Origin: Candidatus Bathyarchaeota archaeon
GTDB lineage: Archaea; Thermoproteota; Bathyarchaeia; Bathyarchaeales; Bathycorpusculaceae
Direction: 5' to 3'
Assembly (NCBI GenBank): GCA_963832745.1
Contig: CAWHVC010000003.1
Span: 544,001-608,000 of the forward strand
Length of the DNA stretch: 64,000 bases
Program-made: the position numbers and the translations under genes
Shown: positions 1-9,872 of the stretch, piece after piece
Layout: every line of letters starts with the position of its first letter
How positions within the stretch are numbered: the stretch's first letter is position 1
The notes under the pieces: generated by a model
What the model saw: the letters and a program-made list of their open reading frames with translations, nothing else
What the model was told of the DNA's origin: nothing
The model's database searches: none

Positions 1-160
1 AGACAGTTACTGTTCCGGTACTGCCGCCCGAAAAGATAGCGCCGAAAATCAAAATCAAGATTACCGGAAATATCAAGCCGAAGAATAACCCGAATTTGTT
101 TCTTAAATATCCTACACTAAATACTCTAAAGTCTGCAAAAATACGTTTAGCACTGACCAT
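1..160 (-). CDS. ABC transporter permease, N-terminal part (runs off window)
   Basis: Hand translation from ATG at 160: MVSAKRIFADFRVFSVGYLRNKFGLFFGLIFPVILILIFGAIF, a typical ABC-2 permease start; 2 nt after the ATPase stop. Confidence 0.85.
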   Translation of the reverse strand, partial: MVSAKRIFADFRVFSVGYLRNKFGLFFGLIFPVILILIFGAIFSGGSTGTVTV

Positions 161-162
161 GT

Positions 163-1122
163 TTATCGCCTTCCCTTTTTCTTGGAGGTTTGTTGTGTCT
201 CTATTTCTCCTTGTTCACCAAGTGGCTCGTTAACAAGTTTAATGAATACGTCATCTAAGCTGTCTTGGCGTGTCTGGATTTCGCCCCAGTCCATTCCTGA
301 CTGTTCAGCCGCAGCCAAAGCCGCCAATGCATCGATTTTCTTTTTCAGCGGTATAGTGATTACCTCTTTGGCGCTGTCGTATTCAACTTGTAGTTCAGTG
401 TTTGCTTTAATGTAGTCAGCAAGTTTTTGGTCTCCATGCATTTCTAAACGTTCACCTGAACCATGCTGTTGAATAATTTCTTCGGTGGTTCCCATGGCTA
501 CAATGTGTCCGTGATCCATAATGGCTACTCTGTCTGAGAGTTGTTGTGCCTCGTCAAGGTAATGGGTAGTTAAAATGATGGTTTTTCCTTTAGCTTTCAG
601 CTTTCGGATGACTTCCCAGATAGCACGTCTAGCGTTAGGGTCTAAGCCTGTGGTAGGCTCATCAAGAAATAGCAATTCAGGCTCATTTACCAGTGAGAGG
701 GCAAGTCCTGTTTTCTGTTTTTGGCCTCCTGAGAGGCTTTCAAAAACGTGCATTTCCATCTCATCAAGCAGAACTTCTTTCAAAATTGCGTCAGGGTCAA
801 CTTTAACTTGAAAGAGTTTTGCGTAATATTTGATTGCTTCTTTTGGGGTAGTTTTCTCGAAAAACGTAAACTCTTGAGGGATAACTCCTATTTTCTTATG
901 GAGTTCATAGCCGTTCTTCCAAGGGTCTAAGCCGAGGATTTTCACGCTTCCACCGTCACGTTCGCGTAGTCCCTCCATAATTTCTATGGTGGTGGTTTTT
1001 CCTGCGCCGTTTGGACCTAGCAGCCCAAAGACTTCTCCTTGCTTGACGGTGAAGGAGATGCCGTCAACTGCTTTAAGGCTGCCATAACTCTTCTTTAGAT
1101 TGGTTACTTCTATTGAGGACAT
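163..1122 (-). CDS. ABC-2 type exporter ATP-binding protein
   Basis: Walker A GPNGAGKTT, signature LSGGQ, Walker B LLFLDEP, H-loop LTTHY. Confidence 0.95.
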   Translation of the reverse strand: MSSIEVTNLKKSYGSLKAVDGISFTVKQGEVFGLLGPNGAGKTTTIEIMEGLRERDGGSVKILGLDPWKNGYELHKKIGVIPQEFTFFEKTTPKEAIKYYAKLFQVKVDPDAILKEVLLDEMEMHVFESLSGGQKQKTGLALSLVNEPELLFLDEPTTGLDPNARRAIWEVIRKLKAKGKTIILTTHYLDEAQQLSDRVAIMDHGHIVAMGTTEEIIQQHGSGERLEMHGDQKLADYIKANTELQVEYDSAKEVITIPLKKKIDALAALAAAEQSGMDWGEIQTRQDSLDDVFIKLVNEPLGEQGEIETQQTSKKKGRR

Positions 1123-1237
1123 TATTTTTCTCCTTTTAGGGTGTAGTCTGTCTTTTATTTTTTCGGAAATGGAACGTGTATCTTACTCAAAGATATAACT
1201 TTCGATTATAGAATATGGAATGCATTATCAAGGATAT

Positions 1238-1771
1238 TCAAAATTCGCCTTTTTCTGCCTCGCTTTTCTTCAAAGCTCGTTTGCTTAACGTTTTGTTTAT
1301 TCTATCTATGATTATTGCTATCAAATCTTCAGGAGAAATATATCTTGGACCCTGCTTATGAAAAACCTGAAACTCTAATATTTTAGCCTCAAAACTGGCT
1401 TTAAGCATGTAGTAATCAAATTTTAATGCTGTCTTCTTTTGAGCGCTGATTTTGTAGTAACGTATCGCACAGAAGAAGTCCAACGACGCTGGCTGCTTAG
1501 TTTTAAGCATATCTAGTGCTCTTTGGGTTTCTATTTCGTCAAGAAAATTAAACGCTTCCTCCTCTGCTATCCCAAACTCTAAAATAACTTCACAATCCGG
1601 AATAGTTGGATTAGAAATTTCTTCAAAACAGAAGGGCTTTCTGTTTACATCTTTTAAAGTTATAATAAGCTTTTCTTGAAGCTTCTTGATTCCAATTGTT
1701 GAAGTAAATTTTTCTAAAAAATGAATATTTAAAGGGAAATTGTCATATTCGCCCAGCATCAACTTTGCCAT
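1238..1771 (-). CDS. conserved hypothetical protein
   Basis: 177-aa ORF abutting the UPF0148 gene; no motif recognised. Confidence 0.7.
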   Translation of the reverse strand: MAKLMLGEYDNFPLNIHFLEKFTSTIGIKKLQEKLIITLKDVNRKPFCFEEISNPTIPDCEVILEFGIAEEEAFNFLDEIETQRALDMLKTKQPASLDFFCAIRYYKISAQKKTALKFDYYMLKASFEAKILEFQVFHKQGPRYISPEDLIAIIIDRINKTLSKRALKKSEAEKGEF

Positions 1772-2152
1772 CTATGGTTTAATGGTTTTCATTCGCCTAA
1801 TCTTTTCTAAACTGCTTAACAATTCTGAAAGGGCAGTGCTTAGCTTCTGTATCTCCTCAACGTCTTCAGTTTTCTCGATTTTATCTTCGATCCCTTGAAT
1901 CTTCTTTATCAGAGTAGCTTCAAGTTTATCGTAGGCTGCATTTGATTGAGATGATGCCGTTTGGACTGGTGCTTGTTCGCCTTCCTTTACAATTACCACT
2001 TTTTTCTGGTCTTGCTCGCACCAAAGGGTGCCATCTTTAAATCTAAACAGTGGTGAAGAGCAAACTGGGCATGAAAGATCCGTTAAAGTTGCGCCTTGCC
2101 GCAGCAAATCTGCCATGCGTTTGATTGGTGTGTCGTCTTTTTTCTGTTGCAT
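1772..2152 (-). CDS. UPF0148 / Sjogren autoantigen p27-like Zn-ribbon protein
   Basis: MADLLRQGATLTDLSCPVCSSPLF..G..WC motif followed by a coiled coil. Confidence 0.85.
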   Translation of the reverse strand: MQQKKDDTPIKRMADLLRQGATLTDLSCPVCSSPLFRFKDGTLWCEQDQKKVVIVKEGEQAPVQTASSQSNAAYDKLEATLIKKIQGIEDKIEKTEDVEEIQKLSTALSELLSSLEKIRRMKTIKP

Positions 2153-2233
2153 TTAAGAACCTCAAAGTTAAATACATATCAAAAGCTTATATAACTTGAT
2201 TACTGCGATTCTGCCATTACAAGGGGAACGTTT

Positions 2234-2512
2234 ATGGTGCGGAAGAAAAAAGCGGAAGAATATGAAGCTAAAATTCAGCAAGCCTTAGTTGTGCTTGGCG
2301 AAGTTTCAGAGGACAGTACAACGCCACGGAACATTCGACGTGCTGCAAAAGACGCAATGACAGCGTTACAGGGTACAGAGTATACTCCAGCAGTTAAGGC
2401 ATCAAATGCAGTTTCACTGCTTGATGAGATTCTGCAGGACCCGAACATGCCTCCTTATACGCGTGTTAAACTTTGGAACGTTATGAGCTTTATCGAAGCC
2501 ATAAAAGACTAG
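2234..2512 (+). CDS. UPF0147 family protein
   Basis: DSTTPRNIRRAA...DPNMPPYTRVKLWN family motif. Confidence 0.9.
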   Translation: MVRKKKAEEYEAKIQQALVVLGEVSEDSTTPRNIRRAAKDAMTALQGTEYTPAVKASNAVSLLDEILQDPNMPPYTRVKLWNVMSFIEAIKD

Positions 2513-2594
2513 AAATTAAAGATTATTTTCCTTTCTTATTTAGCGATTATATTCTTGTTTTTAGTACGGCCTTACGCTATGTTGGTTAATTACT

Positions 2595-3056
2595 TTACCA
2601 TGATAAGTTATTGAATTGTTGGCTTACAGGAAAATGTGTTGTTTTTTCCAAAGAAACGTCTGCCTGCATTATAGTTGGTATCTTTTTTATTTTGTCAGTT
2701 ATGTTAATCATGCTTGTATAATCTTTAACGACTGCAAAAGCTATAACGTCATAATCACCAAACGTTTCTGATACAAGAATAACGTTAGGAATTTTTTTCA
2801 AAGCTTCAATCGTTAAAATTTTTTGTTGCGTTTTTATGGTATATCTGGCTCTTCCTTCGTAACCAATCTTTTGTAAGTCAATAGTTATGAAGTTATGAAG
2901 AATGGTTTTTTCTTGAAGCATTTTTTCATATTTTTTTTTAATCGTGTTTTGGGAAATGTTGAGCTTTTTGGCGATTGTTGAGAATGAGGCTTGAGGGTTG
3001 CTTATGAGTTCCTGAAGTATTTGATAGTCAACATTTTTCATAAATTCAAGCTCCAT
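2595..3056 (-). CDS. Lrp/AsnC family transcriptional regulator
   Basis: N-terminal HTH (DYQILQEL...SFSTIAKKLNIS), C-terminal RAM domain with GDYD. Confidence 0.85.
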   Translation of the reverse strand: MELEFMKNVDYQILQELISNPQASFSTIAKKLNISQNTIKKKYEKMLQEKTILHNFITIDLQKIGYEGRARYTIKTQQKILTIEALKKIPNVILVSETFGDYDVIAFAVVKDYTSMINITDKIKKIPTIMQADVSLEKTTHFPVSQQFNNLSW

Positions 3057-3519
3057 TGGTTGATTGGATCACTATGTTTTCATGAATGCAGCATGGTGTG
3101 CTCCAAAGTGCAATACTGATTTTTCCTGATTCCACATATTTCCTTAAAATGCTCCTTAGTTTATCAAAATCAACTGTTCCTTTAGTTATAAAGAAAAATA
3201 CTGCGTCACTTTTTCCAGTGCTGAAACTTTTGACAAGAATGATTGCTCTTTCTTTTAGCAGTGCTTCAACTTTTTTTGACTGTTCCTCTTTTATGTTTTC
3301 TATTTCAATTGAACCCGGATATAAGTCGCCTATCTTACTCACGTCGATTAGCAGTACAGCACCTGTTATTACTCCCAATTTTTTTAAGCGTTCTACCCTT
3401 TTGCTAATTGCAGTAGGTGATATGCTGCAGTCTTTAGCTATGTTTTTCACTTTGGCTCTTGCATCTTTGAGAAATGCGTATAAAATTTTGGCATCAATTG
3501 AATCAATGTCAATTGACAT
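3046..3519 (-). CDS. Lrp/AsnC family transcriptional regulator
   Basis: DSIDAKIL..F.KDAR....IAKDCSIS...I.KRV.RL...GVI HTH. Confidence 0.85.
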   Translation of the reverse strand: MSIDIDSIDAKILYAFLKDARAKVKNIAKDCSISPTAISKRVERLKKLGVITGAVLLIDVSKIGDLYPGSIEIENIKEEQSKKVEALLKERAIILVKSFSTGKSDAVFFFITKGTVDFDKLRSILRKYVESGKISIALWSTPCCIHENIVIQSTNGA

Positions 3520-3712
3520 ATCTTTCTATCTGTTTTTTAGGTTTATATTAATTTGTAAATGCAATTTGTAAAAAAAGTATTTTTTAAATGTAAAAATTAA
3601 CATTTTAGTTTGTAGTTGTTAATTTTTCTATTTTTTAATTAGTATTTGGGTTGATTTTTGCTTCGTATGAAATTCCGTTTGTATTAACCTTAAATGTGTG
3701 TAAAATTTGTGA

Positions 3713-3750
3713 AAAAAACAAACTTTTTAACGTAAAAAAGTTTGCTTTTT
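3713..3750. promoter_or_regulatory. 38-bp near-perfect palindrome, candidate operator
   Basis: AAAAAACAAACTTTTTAACGTAAAAAAGTTTGCTTTTT, 17 of 19 positions pair; lies between the divergent Lrp pair and the surface-protein gene. Confidence 0.5.
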
Positions 3751-3820
3751 AATCTTTTTTGCCATTGCTTGGAAAAGTTTAAAACGCTTTAGTATCTAGC
3801 ATTTTTACAGGAGAAATAAA

Positions 3821-6445
3821 ATGATTTTGAAAAATAAAATAAATGCAAAATATATCGCTATTTTTAGTATTGCTATAATGCTCCTATCTTTTCCCGTCGC
3901 TCTTCCCGCTGCTAACGCTCAATCCAACACAGTCGTGATGGGCGGTATGCCTACCGAAAGTGGTGCAGGTACCAGTGGTGCCTTGCCATCTGGCGTAACG
4001 CCCGACGTTACAGTTGACACTAGGGCATTTCTAAGCTTTGCTCCTAACCCAATCGGTGTAGGACAAACCTTGCTAGTTAACATGTGGACAAACCCCCCAA
4101 TTAGCCCTAACAGATTCCAAAGCGGCTATTCAGTTGAAATCATGAAGCCAGATAATACAACGTTTACTGTTGGGCCATTTAATTCATATCCTGCTGACGC
4201 AACCGCTTACTTCACATTCATACCTGATGTGGCTGGAACTTGGCAACTCAAATTCACCTTTGCAGGCGAGTACTTCCCAAACGGTACGTGGCTAAACAAC
4301 CAGTTAGTTCCAGTTAACACTACAAACTCGTACTATCTAGCTTCGGCTTACTATACTCCAGCATCAACAGACTGGCAAAGCTTAACAGTGCAAGATGCAA
4401 TGGTGCCTTCTTGGCCTTTAACATCACTTCCAACCGATTACTGGACAAGACCAGTACACTTCGAAAACAGACAATGGTGGCCAATTCTAGGCAGTTATCC
4501 ACCATACGGTGTTGTAGGCGGTGGACCAACCTGGCCTGCAGACACTAACATATACATGAGCAACTACAACTATGTTCCATACGTTACAGCACCAAATACT
4601 GCTCACATTGTCTTTAAACAACAAGTAGCAATAGCAGGCATGATCGGTGGAACCGCAGGACAATATGGACAAACAGCCAATGTAGGCAATCCAAGCGTAA
4701 TTTATGCCGGCCGGGCTTATCAAACTCTAACAGTACCAATCAACGGTGTACCAACAAGTTGTGCAGTTTGCTATGACATACGCACTGGCGAGCAGTATTA
4801 TGCTATTCCGATTTCTCAAGGCGGTGTAACTCCCCAAGTAGTTTCATACACTCCTCCAGGAGCTGGTGCAGTTGAAGGTGCAATCGCCGAATCAACCTAC
4901 AGTGTATCGCTTCTTAGCTTAGCTAGTAACAGACTGATTAAAATTGATCCCTACTCAGGTGCAGTCACATTAAACGTTACCGGCATGACTCCCCAACTCC
5001 TCGGCGGCGCCCAGGGCAGTGTCTCACAAACAGGCTTCTACGCAGACCCATACGTTATTAGCATTCAACAAATAGGCTCAGGCCCAAGCTTACAGTACAG
5101 GTTAATTAACTGGACAACAGCAGGAAGCTCAACCAACTTTACAAGCAGAATAGCCAACAACGTTAGTTTGCCATGGGGCTATGTAAACTTTGGCGGCGGT
5201 GTCTTAGGCTACGGTGGTATCGTTGCTGACTTTGAATCAAACATTATGGTCTGGATGGTTGGTCTAGCACCAATAGCATTAGGCGTATACCACGGCACAT
5301 GGATGATGGCAGTTGATATGTCAACAGGACAACTCCTCTGGAACAGAACTTACGAAGACACTCGATACAGCACCGCTTGCTTGTGTGCAGACCACGGAAT
5401 GGTTGCAGTTCTAATGGAGCAAGGCTACTACAGCGCTTTTGATCTTCACACAGGAGACCTAGTTTGGAACAGCGATCCATTTAGCTATCCATGGTCTTCA
5501 GCTGGCTTCGGAGCATACGCAGTGCAGTCCGCTTATGGGCTTCTCTACCGCGAAGCATACGATGGCGTCTACGCTTTCAACTGGACCAACGGAAAAATGG
5601 TCTGGCGCTTCATAGCTCCCGCACCACCATTTGAAACACCATACAACGACGGAAATGGAACAGCAGTTTACTCTTTCAACGGTGGAGGTTTTGTTGCTGA
5701 CGGCAAACTTTACACGTACAATACTGAACATACACCCTCTTATCCAAGAACCAGAGGCTGGAAACTATTCTGCATCGACGCAATGACAGGTGAAGGCATC
5801 TGGAACATAACTGGTTCAATGTCTCCCGGTGCAGTAGCTGACGGATACCTTGTCAACGTTAATCCTGACGACGGTTATGTATACTCTTTCGGTAAAGGTC
5901 TAAGCGCAACAACAGTTACAGCATCGCCTAAAACAGGTGCGCAAGGCTCTCAGGTTCTAATTGAAGGCACAGTGTTTGACCAATCACCTGCACAACCAGG
6001 CACGCCATGTGTTTCAGCTGGTTCAATGACTACACAAATGGAATACTTGCACATGCAACTTCCAATTGCTGGAATCTGGGGCAACGTTACAATGACTGGT
6101 GTTACAGTGAAGCTAACCGCTGTTGACCCTAACTGTAACATGATTGACATCGGTGAGACAACAACTGACCCATACTATGGAACGTTTAATTTTGCTTGGA
6201 CACCAGACAATCAAGGAACATATACAATCATGGCAACGTTTGCAGGTGATGACGCTTACGGCAGCTCCAGCGCTTCTACAGCAATAGTTGTAGGCTCAGC
6301 TGCAGCCACCTCAACCCCAACATCAACTTCAGGCAGTTCCGATGAAGCCAATAGCACATTGCTGACTCTCACAATAGGCATGGGCATAGCAATCATAATT
6401 GCAATAGCAATCGCAACAGTACTAATCCTGAGAAAACACGCCTAA
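3821..6445 (+). CDS. PQQ-like beta-propeller cell-surface protein (signal peptide, C-terminal TM anchor)
   Basis: Signal peptide, repeated A.D..TG...W blade motifs, S/T linker, TM helix and basic tail (LRKHA); paralog of 13294..15930; GGAG SD. Confidence 0.85.
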   Translation: MILKNKINAKYIAIFSIAIMLLSFPVALPAANAQSNTVVMGGMPTESGAGTSGALPSGVTPDVTVDTRAFLSFAPNPIGVGQTLLVNMWTNPPISPNRFQSGYSVEIMKPDNTTFTVGPFNSYPADATAYFTFIPDVAGTWQLKFTFAGEYFPNGTWLNNQLVPVNTTNSYYLASAYYTPASTDWQSLTVQDAMVPSWPLTSLPTDYWTRPVHFENRQWWPILGSYPPYGVVGGGPTWPADTNIYMSNYNYVPYVTAPNTAHIVFKQQVAIAGMIGGTAGQYGQTANVGNPSVIYAGRAYQTLTVPINGVPTSCAVCYDIRTGEQYYAIPISQGGVTPQVVSYTPPGAGAVEGAIAESTYSVSLLSLASNRLIKIDPYSGAVTLNVTGMTPQLLGGAQGSVSQTGFYADPYVISIQQIGSGPSLQYRLINWTTAGSSTNFTSRIANNVSLPWGYVNFGGGVLGYGGIVADFESNIMVWMVGLAPIALGVYHGTWMMAVDMSTGQLLWNRTYEDTRYSTACLCADHGMVAVLMEQGYYSAFDLHTGDLVWNSDPFSYPWSSAGFGAYAVQSAYGLLYREAYDGVYAFNWTNGKMVWRFIAPAPPFETPYNDGNGTAVYSFNGGGFVADGKLYTYNTEHTPSYPRTRGWKLFCIDAMTGEGIWNITGSMSPGAVADGYLVNVNPDDGYVYSFGKGLSATTVTASPKTGAQGSQVLIEGTVFDQSPAQPGTPCVSAGSMTTQMEYLHMQLPIAGIWGNVTMTGVTVKLTAVDPNCNMIDIGETTTDPYYGTFNFAWTPDNQGTYTIMATFAGDDAYGSSSASTAIVVGSAAATSTPTSTSGSSDEANSTLLTLTIGMGIAIIIAIAIATVLILRKHA

Positions 6446-6452
6446 AATTAAA

Positions 6453-6477
6453 CTCCCTTCTTTTCTTTTTTTATTTT
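6453..6477 (+). terminator. oligo-T archaeal terminator
   Basis: CTCCCTTCTTTTTCTTTTTTTATTT directly after the stop codon. Confidence 0.5.
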
Positions 6478-6491
6478 AAATCAAAATTTTA

Positions 6492-6953
6492 TTATTTTTG
6501 TTTGCTTGAGCGCTTGCATTCTTTGTAGGATTGAGCACAGTGTATGCAGCAAAACGCCATCTCTTTGCCATCAATGACTTCGCGGTAGCTGCCTTCGTAG
6601 ACTTTACAGCCGCAGTGAGCACAAATGTACAGGCTGGGTTCAATGGCGATGGATACAAGCTCGGCGAAGCGCTTAAACAAGCCTACGCAGAGTTCTTTGC
6701 CTTCTTGGGTTAACTCAAAATTTTTTCTTTCCTTCTCGCCGATAGGTTCTATGGTGTGTTTTACTAAGCCTTTTTCTTCTAGCTGCTGCAGGAACGGGTA
6801 GACTAGGCTTGGGCTGACTTCTTTTTTGACTCTTTTTTTGAATCTGTTAATAATGCTGTAGCCGTGTACTGGGCCTTCATAAAGTATGGTTAGTATGTAG
6901 AAGCGTGAGAAGTCGCTGATGAGGTCGTTGAAATCGCTGTTTTGGTTTGTCAT
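6492..6953 (-). CDS. PadR family regulator with C-terminal TRASH/YHS-like Cys cluster
   Basis: ILTILYEGPVHGYSI...SPSLVYPFL..LEEKGLV PadR winged helix; CAHC...FCCIHC tail; start taken at ATG 6953. Confidence 0.85.
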   Translation of the reverse strand: MTNQNSDFNDLISDFSRFYILTILYEGPVHGYSIINRFKKRVKKEVSPSLVYPFLQQLEEKGLVKHTIEPIGEKERKNFELTQEGKELCVGLFKRFAELVSIAIEPSLYICAHCGCKVYEGSYREVIDGKEMAFCCIHCAQSYKECKRSSKQK

Positions 6954-6994
6954 TTTTGCCCTGCAGACTGTTTGTGGCTGCACAGATTTAAATG

Positions 6995-7016
6995 TTTTTT
7001 AGATATATCTAAAAAA
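6995..7016. promoter_or_regulatory. 22-bp perfect palindrome, candidate PadR operator
   Basis: TTTTTTAGATATATCTAAAAAA in the divergent padR/oxidoreductase intergenic region. Confidence 0.55.
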
Positions 7017-7126
7017 GATAATGTGTTTCTTGTCCCCCTTTAGTATCTGAATTTGCCCTTGCTTTTCACTAACAAATATATTCGACTGCTTGCATTTACT
7101 TTTGGATTTCCACGGAGCGGTACTCA

Positions 7127-8509
7127 TTGAAATATGATGTAATAATCGTCGGCGCAGGCCCCGCAGGCATATTTTCGGCTTTAGAATTAACCGAAAAAAC
7201 TAACCTAAACGTCCTCGTGCTAGATAGAGGCCAAGAAATTGACAAACGCAAATGTCCTTCAAAACGAGGCTTTGAATGCGTCCATTGCGAACCATGCGCT
7301 ATCCTTTCCGGCTGGGGAGGAGCAGGCGCCTACAGCGACGGCAAACTAACCCTGTCAACAGAAGTTGGCGGTTGGCTGAGCCGATACGTCTCCCACAAAG
7401 AATTGGCTGACCTCGTAAGATATTGTGACGGAATCTACCTTAAGTTCGGTGCAAGCGAAACTGTTTACGGCACAGAAAATGAGGAAGTAAACAAAATAGA
7501 AAAAGAAGCTGCTCTTGCAGGCTTAAAGCTTGTTAAACAAGAAGTTCGCCATATGGGCACCGACAAGTGCCTTGAAGTTTTAAAACGCATGTTCAAGGCT
7601 CTTGAGGGCAAAATTACTTTCAGGCCGAAAACTGACGTTAAAGGCTTGATCATAGAAAATAACGTTATTCAAGGTGTAGAAACAACAACCGGTGAAAAGT
7701 ACCACGCCAAATACGTCATTATTGCTCCCGGCAGAGGCGGCGCTGAATGGCTGCAAACCGAAGCCCAAATCCGTGGCTTAAAAACCGTAAACAACCCCGT
7801 AGACATTGGTGTACGCGTTGAAGTTTTGGCTTCAGCCATGGAGAAACTCACCAAAGTTCTCTATGAACCCAAACTAATTTATTACTCAAGACAATTTGAC
7901 GACCAAGTTAGAACCTTCTGTGTCTCACCTTATGGCGAAGTAACCACAGAATCTTATGACGGCGTCTTAACGGTAAACGGCGGAAGCCAAGCTGAAAGCA
8001 AAACCAACAACACAAACTTCGCCATCCTAGTTAGTACTCAATTTACTGAACCATTCAAGGAGCCCATTGCTTACGGCAAATACATTGCACGCTTATCAAA
8101 CCTGTTAAGCGGCGGAGTCATGGTTCAACGACTTGGAGACTTGACTGCTGGAAGACGTAGCACTCCCGAACGTTTGGCCCGAAGCGTAGTTCAACCAACA
8201 CTCAAAAATGCTACTCCAGGCGACTTAAGTTTCGTGTTGCCCTACAGATACTTGGCGGATATTCGTGAAATCCTTCAAGCACTTGACGTTATTGCTCCGG
8301 GCGTTCACTCAAGAGACACATTGCTGTACGGTGTAGAAGTCAAGTTCTATAGTAGCCATCTTCAACTAAACAATTCATTGGAAACTAAGATTCAAAACAT
8401 GTTCACCATCGGCGACGGTGCAGGCGTAACCCGCGGTTTAATCCAAGCATCCGCTTCAGGCGTTATAGTTGCAAGAGAAATTTTAAAACGTGAAAGTGTG
8501 AAGGCCTAA
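7127..8509 (+). CDS. NAD(P)/FAD-dependent oxidoreductase (COG2509-like)
   Basis: GAGPAG FAD motif, CxxCxPC, GWGGAGAYSDGKL, C-terminal GDGAGVTRGL. Confidence 0.9.
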   Translation: MKYDVIIVGAGPAGIFSALELTEKTNLNVLVLDRGQEIDKRKCPSKRGFECVHCEPCAILSGWGGAGAYSDGKLTLSTEVGGWLSRYVSHKELADLVRYCDGIYLKFGASETVYGTENEEVNKIEKEAALAGLKLVKQEVRHMGTDKCLEVLKRMFKALEGKITFRPKTDVKGLIIENNVIQGVETTTGEKYHAKYVIIAPGRGGAEWLQTEAQIRGLKTVNNPVDIGVRVEVLASAMEKLTKVLYEPKLIYYSRQFDDQVRTFCVSPYGEVTTESYDGVLTVNGGSQAESKTNNTNFAILVSTQFTEPFKEPIAYGKYIARLSNLLSGGVMVQRLGDLTAGRRSTPERLARSVVQPTLKNATPGDLSFVLPYRYLADIREILQALDVIAPGVHSRDTLLYGVEVKFYSSHLQLNNSLETKIQNMFTIGDGAGVTRGLIQASASGVIVAREILKRESVKA

Positions 8510-8514
8510 ACATC

Positions 8515-9261
8515 ATGGCTGCAGTGGCTCAAGAAATCCGTTGCTCACATTGCGGTGCCCCCGTTGAATTCAAACCGGGCGAGTTAGTAGCCACCTGCAA
8601 ATACTGCGGCTTTATGACAGTAATTCAAACTGGTCAAGCCTTTAACTTTGAACACTCTTTACTTTTGAACAATTACGGTGACGTTCAAATGGAAAACCGC
8701 ATTCATGACTGGATGAGCAGCGGTTTTATGAAACCCGGCGATTTAGCAAAAAAATCAAAAATCGTCGAGAAAAACCTTGTCTATTTGCCCTTCTGGGTTG
8801 TATCTGCAGTAGCTACAACAAAATATAAGGGCATTTTTGAACGAATATCCCCGCCAATTGTGAAAGAGGGACAGATTGAGAAAGAATATAATTGGCTTGT
8901 TTTGGCAAGGGAAGCCTCTGATTTTCCCACACGTGAATACGATGTCCCGTTAGCCGGCAAGATTCCGTATGACTTCCGAAAAATTGAGGGTTTTGCCAAA
9001 GTGTTAAACAGTGAAATAGACAAGGAAGAAGCTTTGGATCTTGCAAAACAGCAAATTGAACAGCATCATCGTTTCCTGCTTCAGCAAGACATTGACCGCG
9101 TCGTAGAAATCTCAACATCATTAGAGCTTAAGCAGACGTTGTACTTGCATGCGCCAGTGTGGTTCATCAAATACCAATATAAAGGCAATCTGTATCAATT
9201 GATTATTGACGGTTCAACTGGTAACGCGTTGAAGGGCGATATACCTTCAACCAGATTCTAA
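8515..9261 (+). CDS. Zn-ribbon protein, YdjG-like
   Basis: CSHCGAP...CKYCG N-terminus, YLPFW and P.W...Y.Y.G..Y....DG.TG motifs. Confidence 0.7.
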   Translation: MAAVAQEIRCSHCGAPVEFKPGELVATCKYCGFMTVIQTGQAFNFEHSLLLNNYGDVQMENRIHDWMSSGFMKPGDLAKKSKIVEKNLVYLPFWVVSAVATTKYKGIFERISPPIVKEGQIEKEYNWLVLAREASDFPTREYDVPLAGKIPYDFRKIEGFAKVLNSEIDKEEALDLAKQQIEQHHRFLLQQDIDRVVEISTSLELKQTLYLHAPVWFIKYQYKGNLYQLIIDGSTGNALKGDIPSTRF

Positions 9262-9332
9262 ATAGATATAAAAATAACCTTTTTAAGCTACCCTTTTTTC
9301 TATATCGGAAATAAACAGGTCGGAAATCAAAA

Positions 9333-9872
9333 ATGAGCGAAAATAAAGATGTATATGCACAAGCAAAAAGCCAAATGCGGCTTTCTGAACGCATTGCAGC
9401 AGCCCTACCCGGCTTTAGAGGATACAAAGAAAAAGAGCTTCGCCGTGAATCAGACAAACTAATCCGCAACCACCTATCAATGAAACTAACCCACGCAAAA
9501 GAAAACCTCCGCAGCATCTTTCAAAAAATCGCGGATCGCCGTTACTTAGACATTTTACCCGACATGGACCGTTTAACAGCGAAAATCGACCGTGTAACAG
9601 AAAAAGTTAACCATGCCTCTTACGGTTACAGTGGCTTCTTTGATATAGTTAAGGTTAAAGAAGAAAATCTTGACCACATGATAACTTTTGATAATCAACT
9701 CATCGAGTATGTAGACGCCTTAACTGCCGCTGTTGATGTCCTCAAAACTCAACTTGCCAGTGGCGACTACAGTAGCCTCAAAGACAAAATTCAAGCCGTA
9801 ACTGACAAGCTTGAAGCCCTAGAGGACGCATTTGATAAACGTGAAGAAGTAATATTGGGAGTGACACAATAA
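9333..9872 (+). CDS. all-helical hypothetical protein
   Basis: 179 aa, PGFRGYKEKELRRESD and YGYSGFFD motifs, coiled-coil character; stop overlaps next start (TAATG). Confidence 0.8.
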   Translation: MSENKDVYAQAKSQMRLSERIAAALPGFRGYKEKELRRESDKLIRNHLSMKLTHAKENLRSIFQKIADRRYLDILPDMDRLTAKIDRVTEKVNHASYGYSGFFDIVKVKEENLDHMITFDNQLIEYVDALTAAVDVLKTQLASGDYSSLKDKIQAVTDKLEALEDAFDKREEVILGVTQ

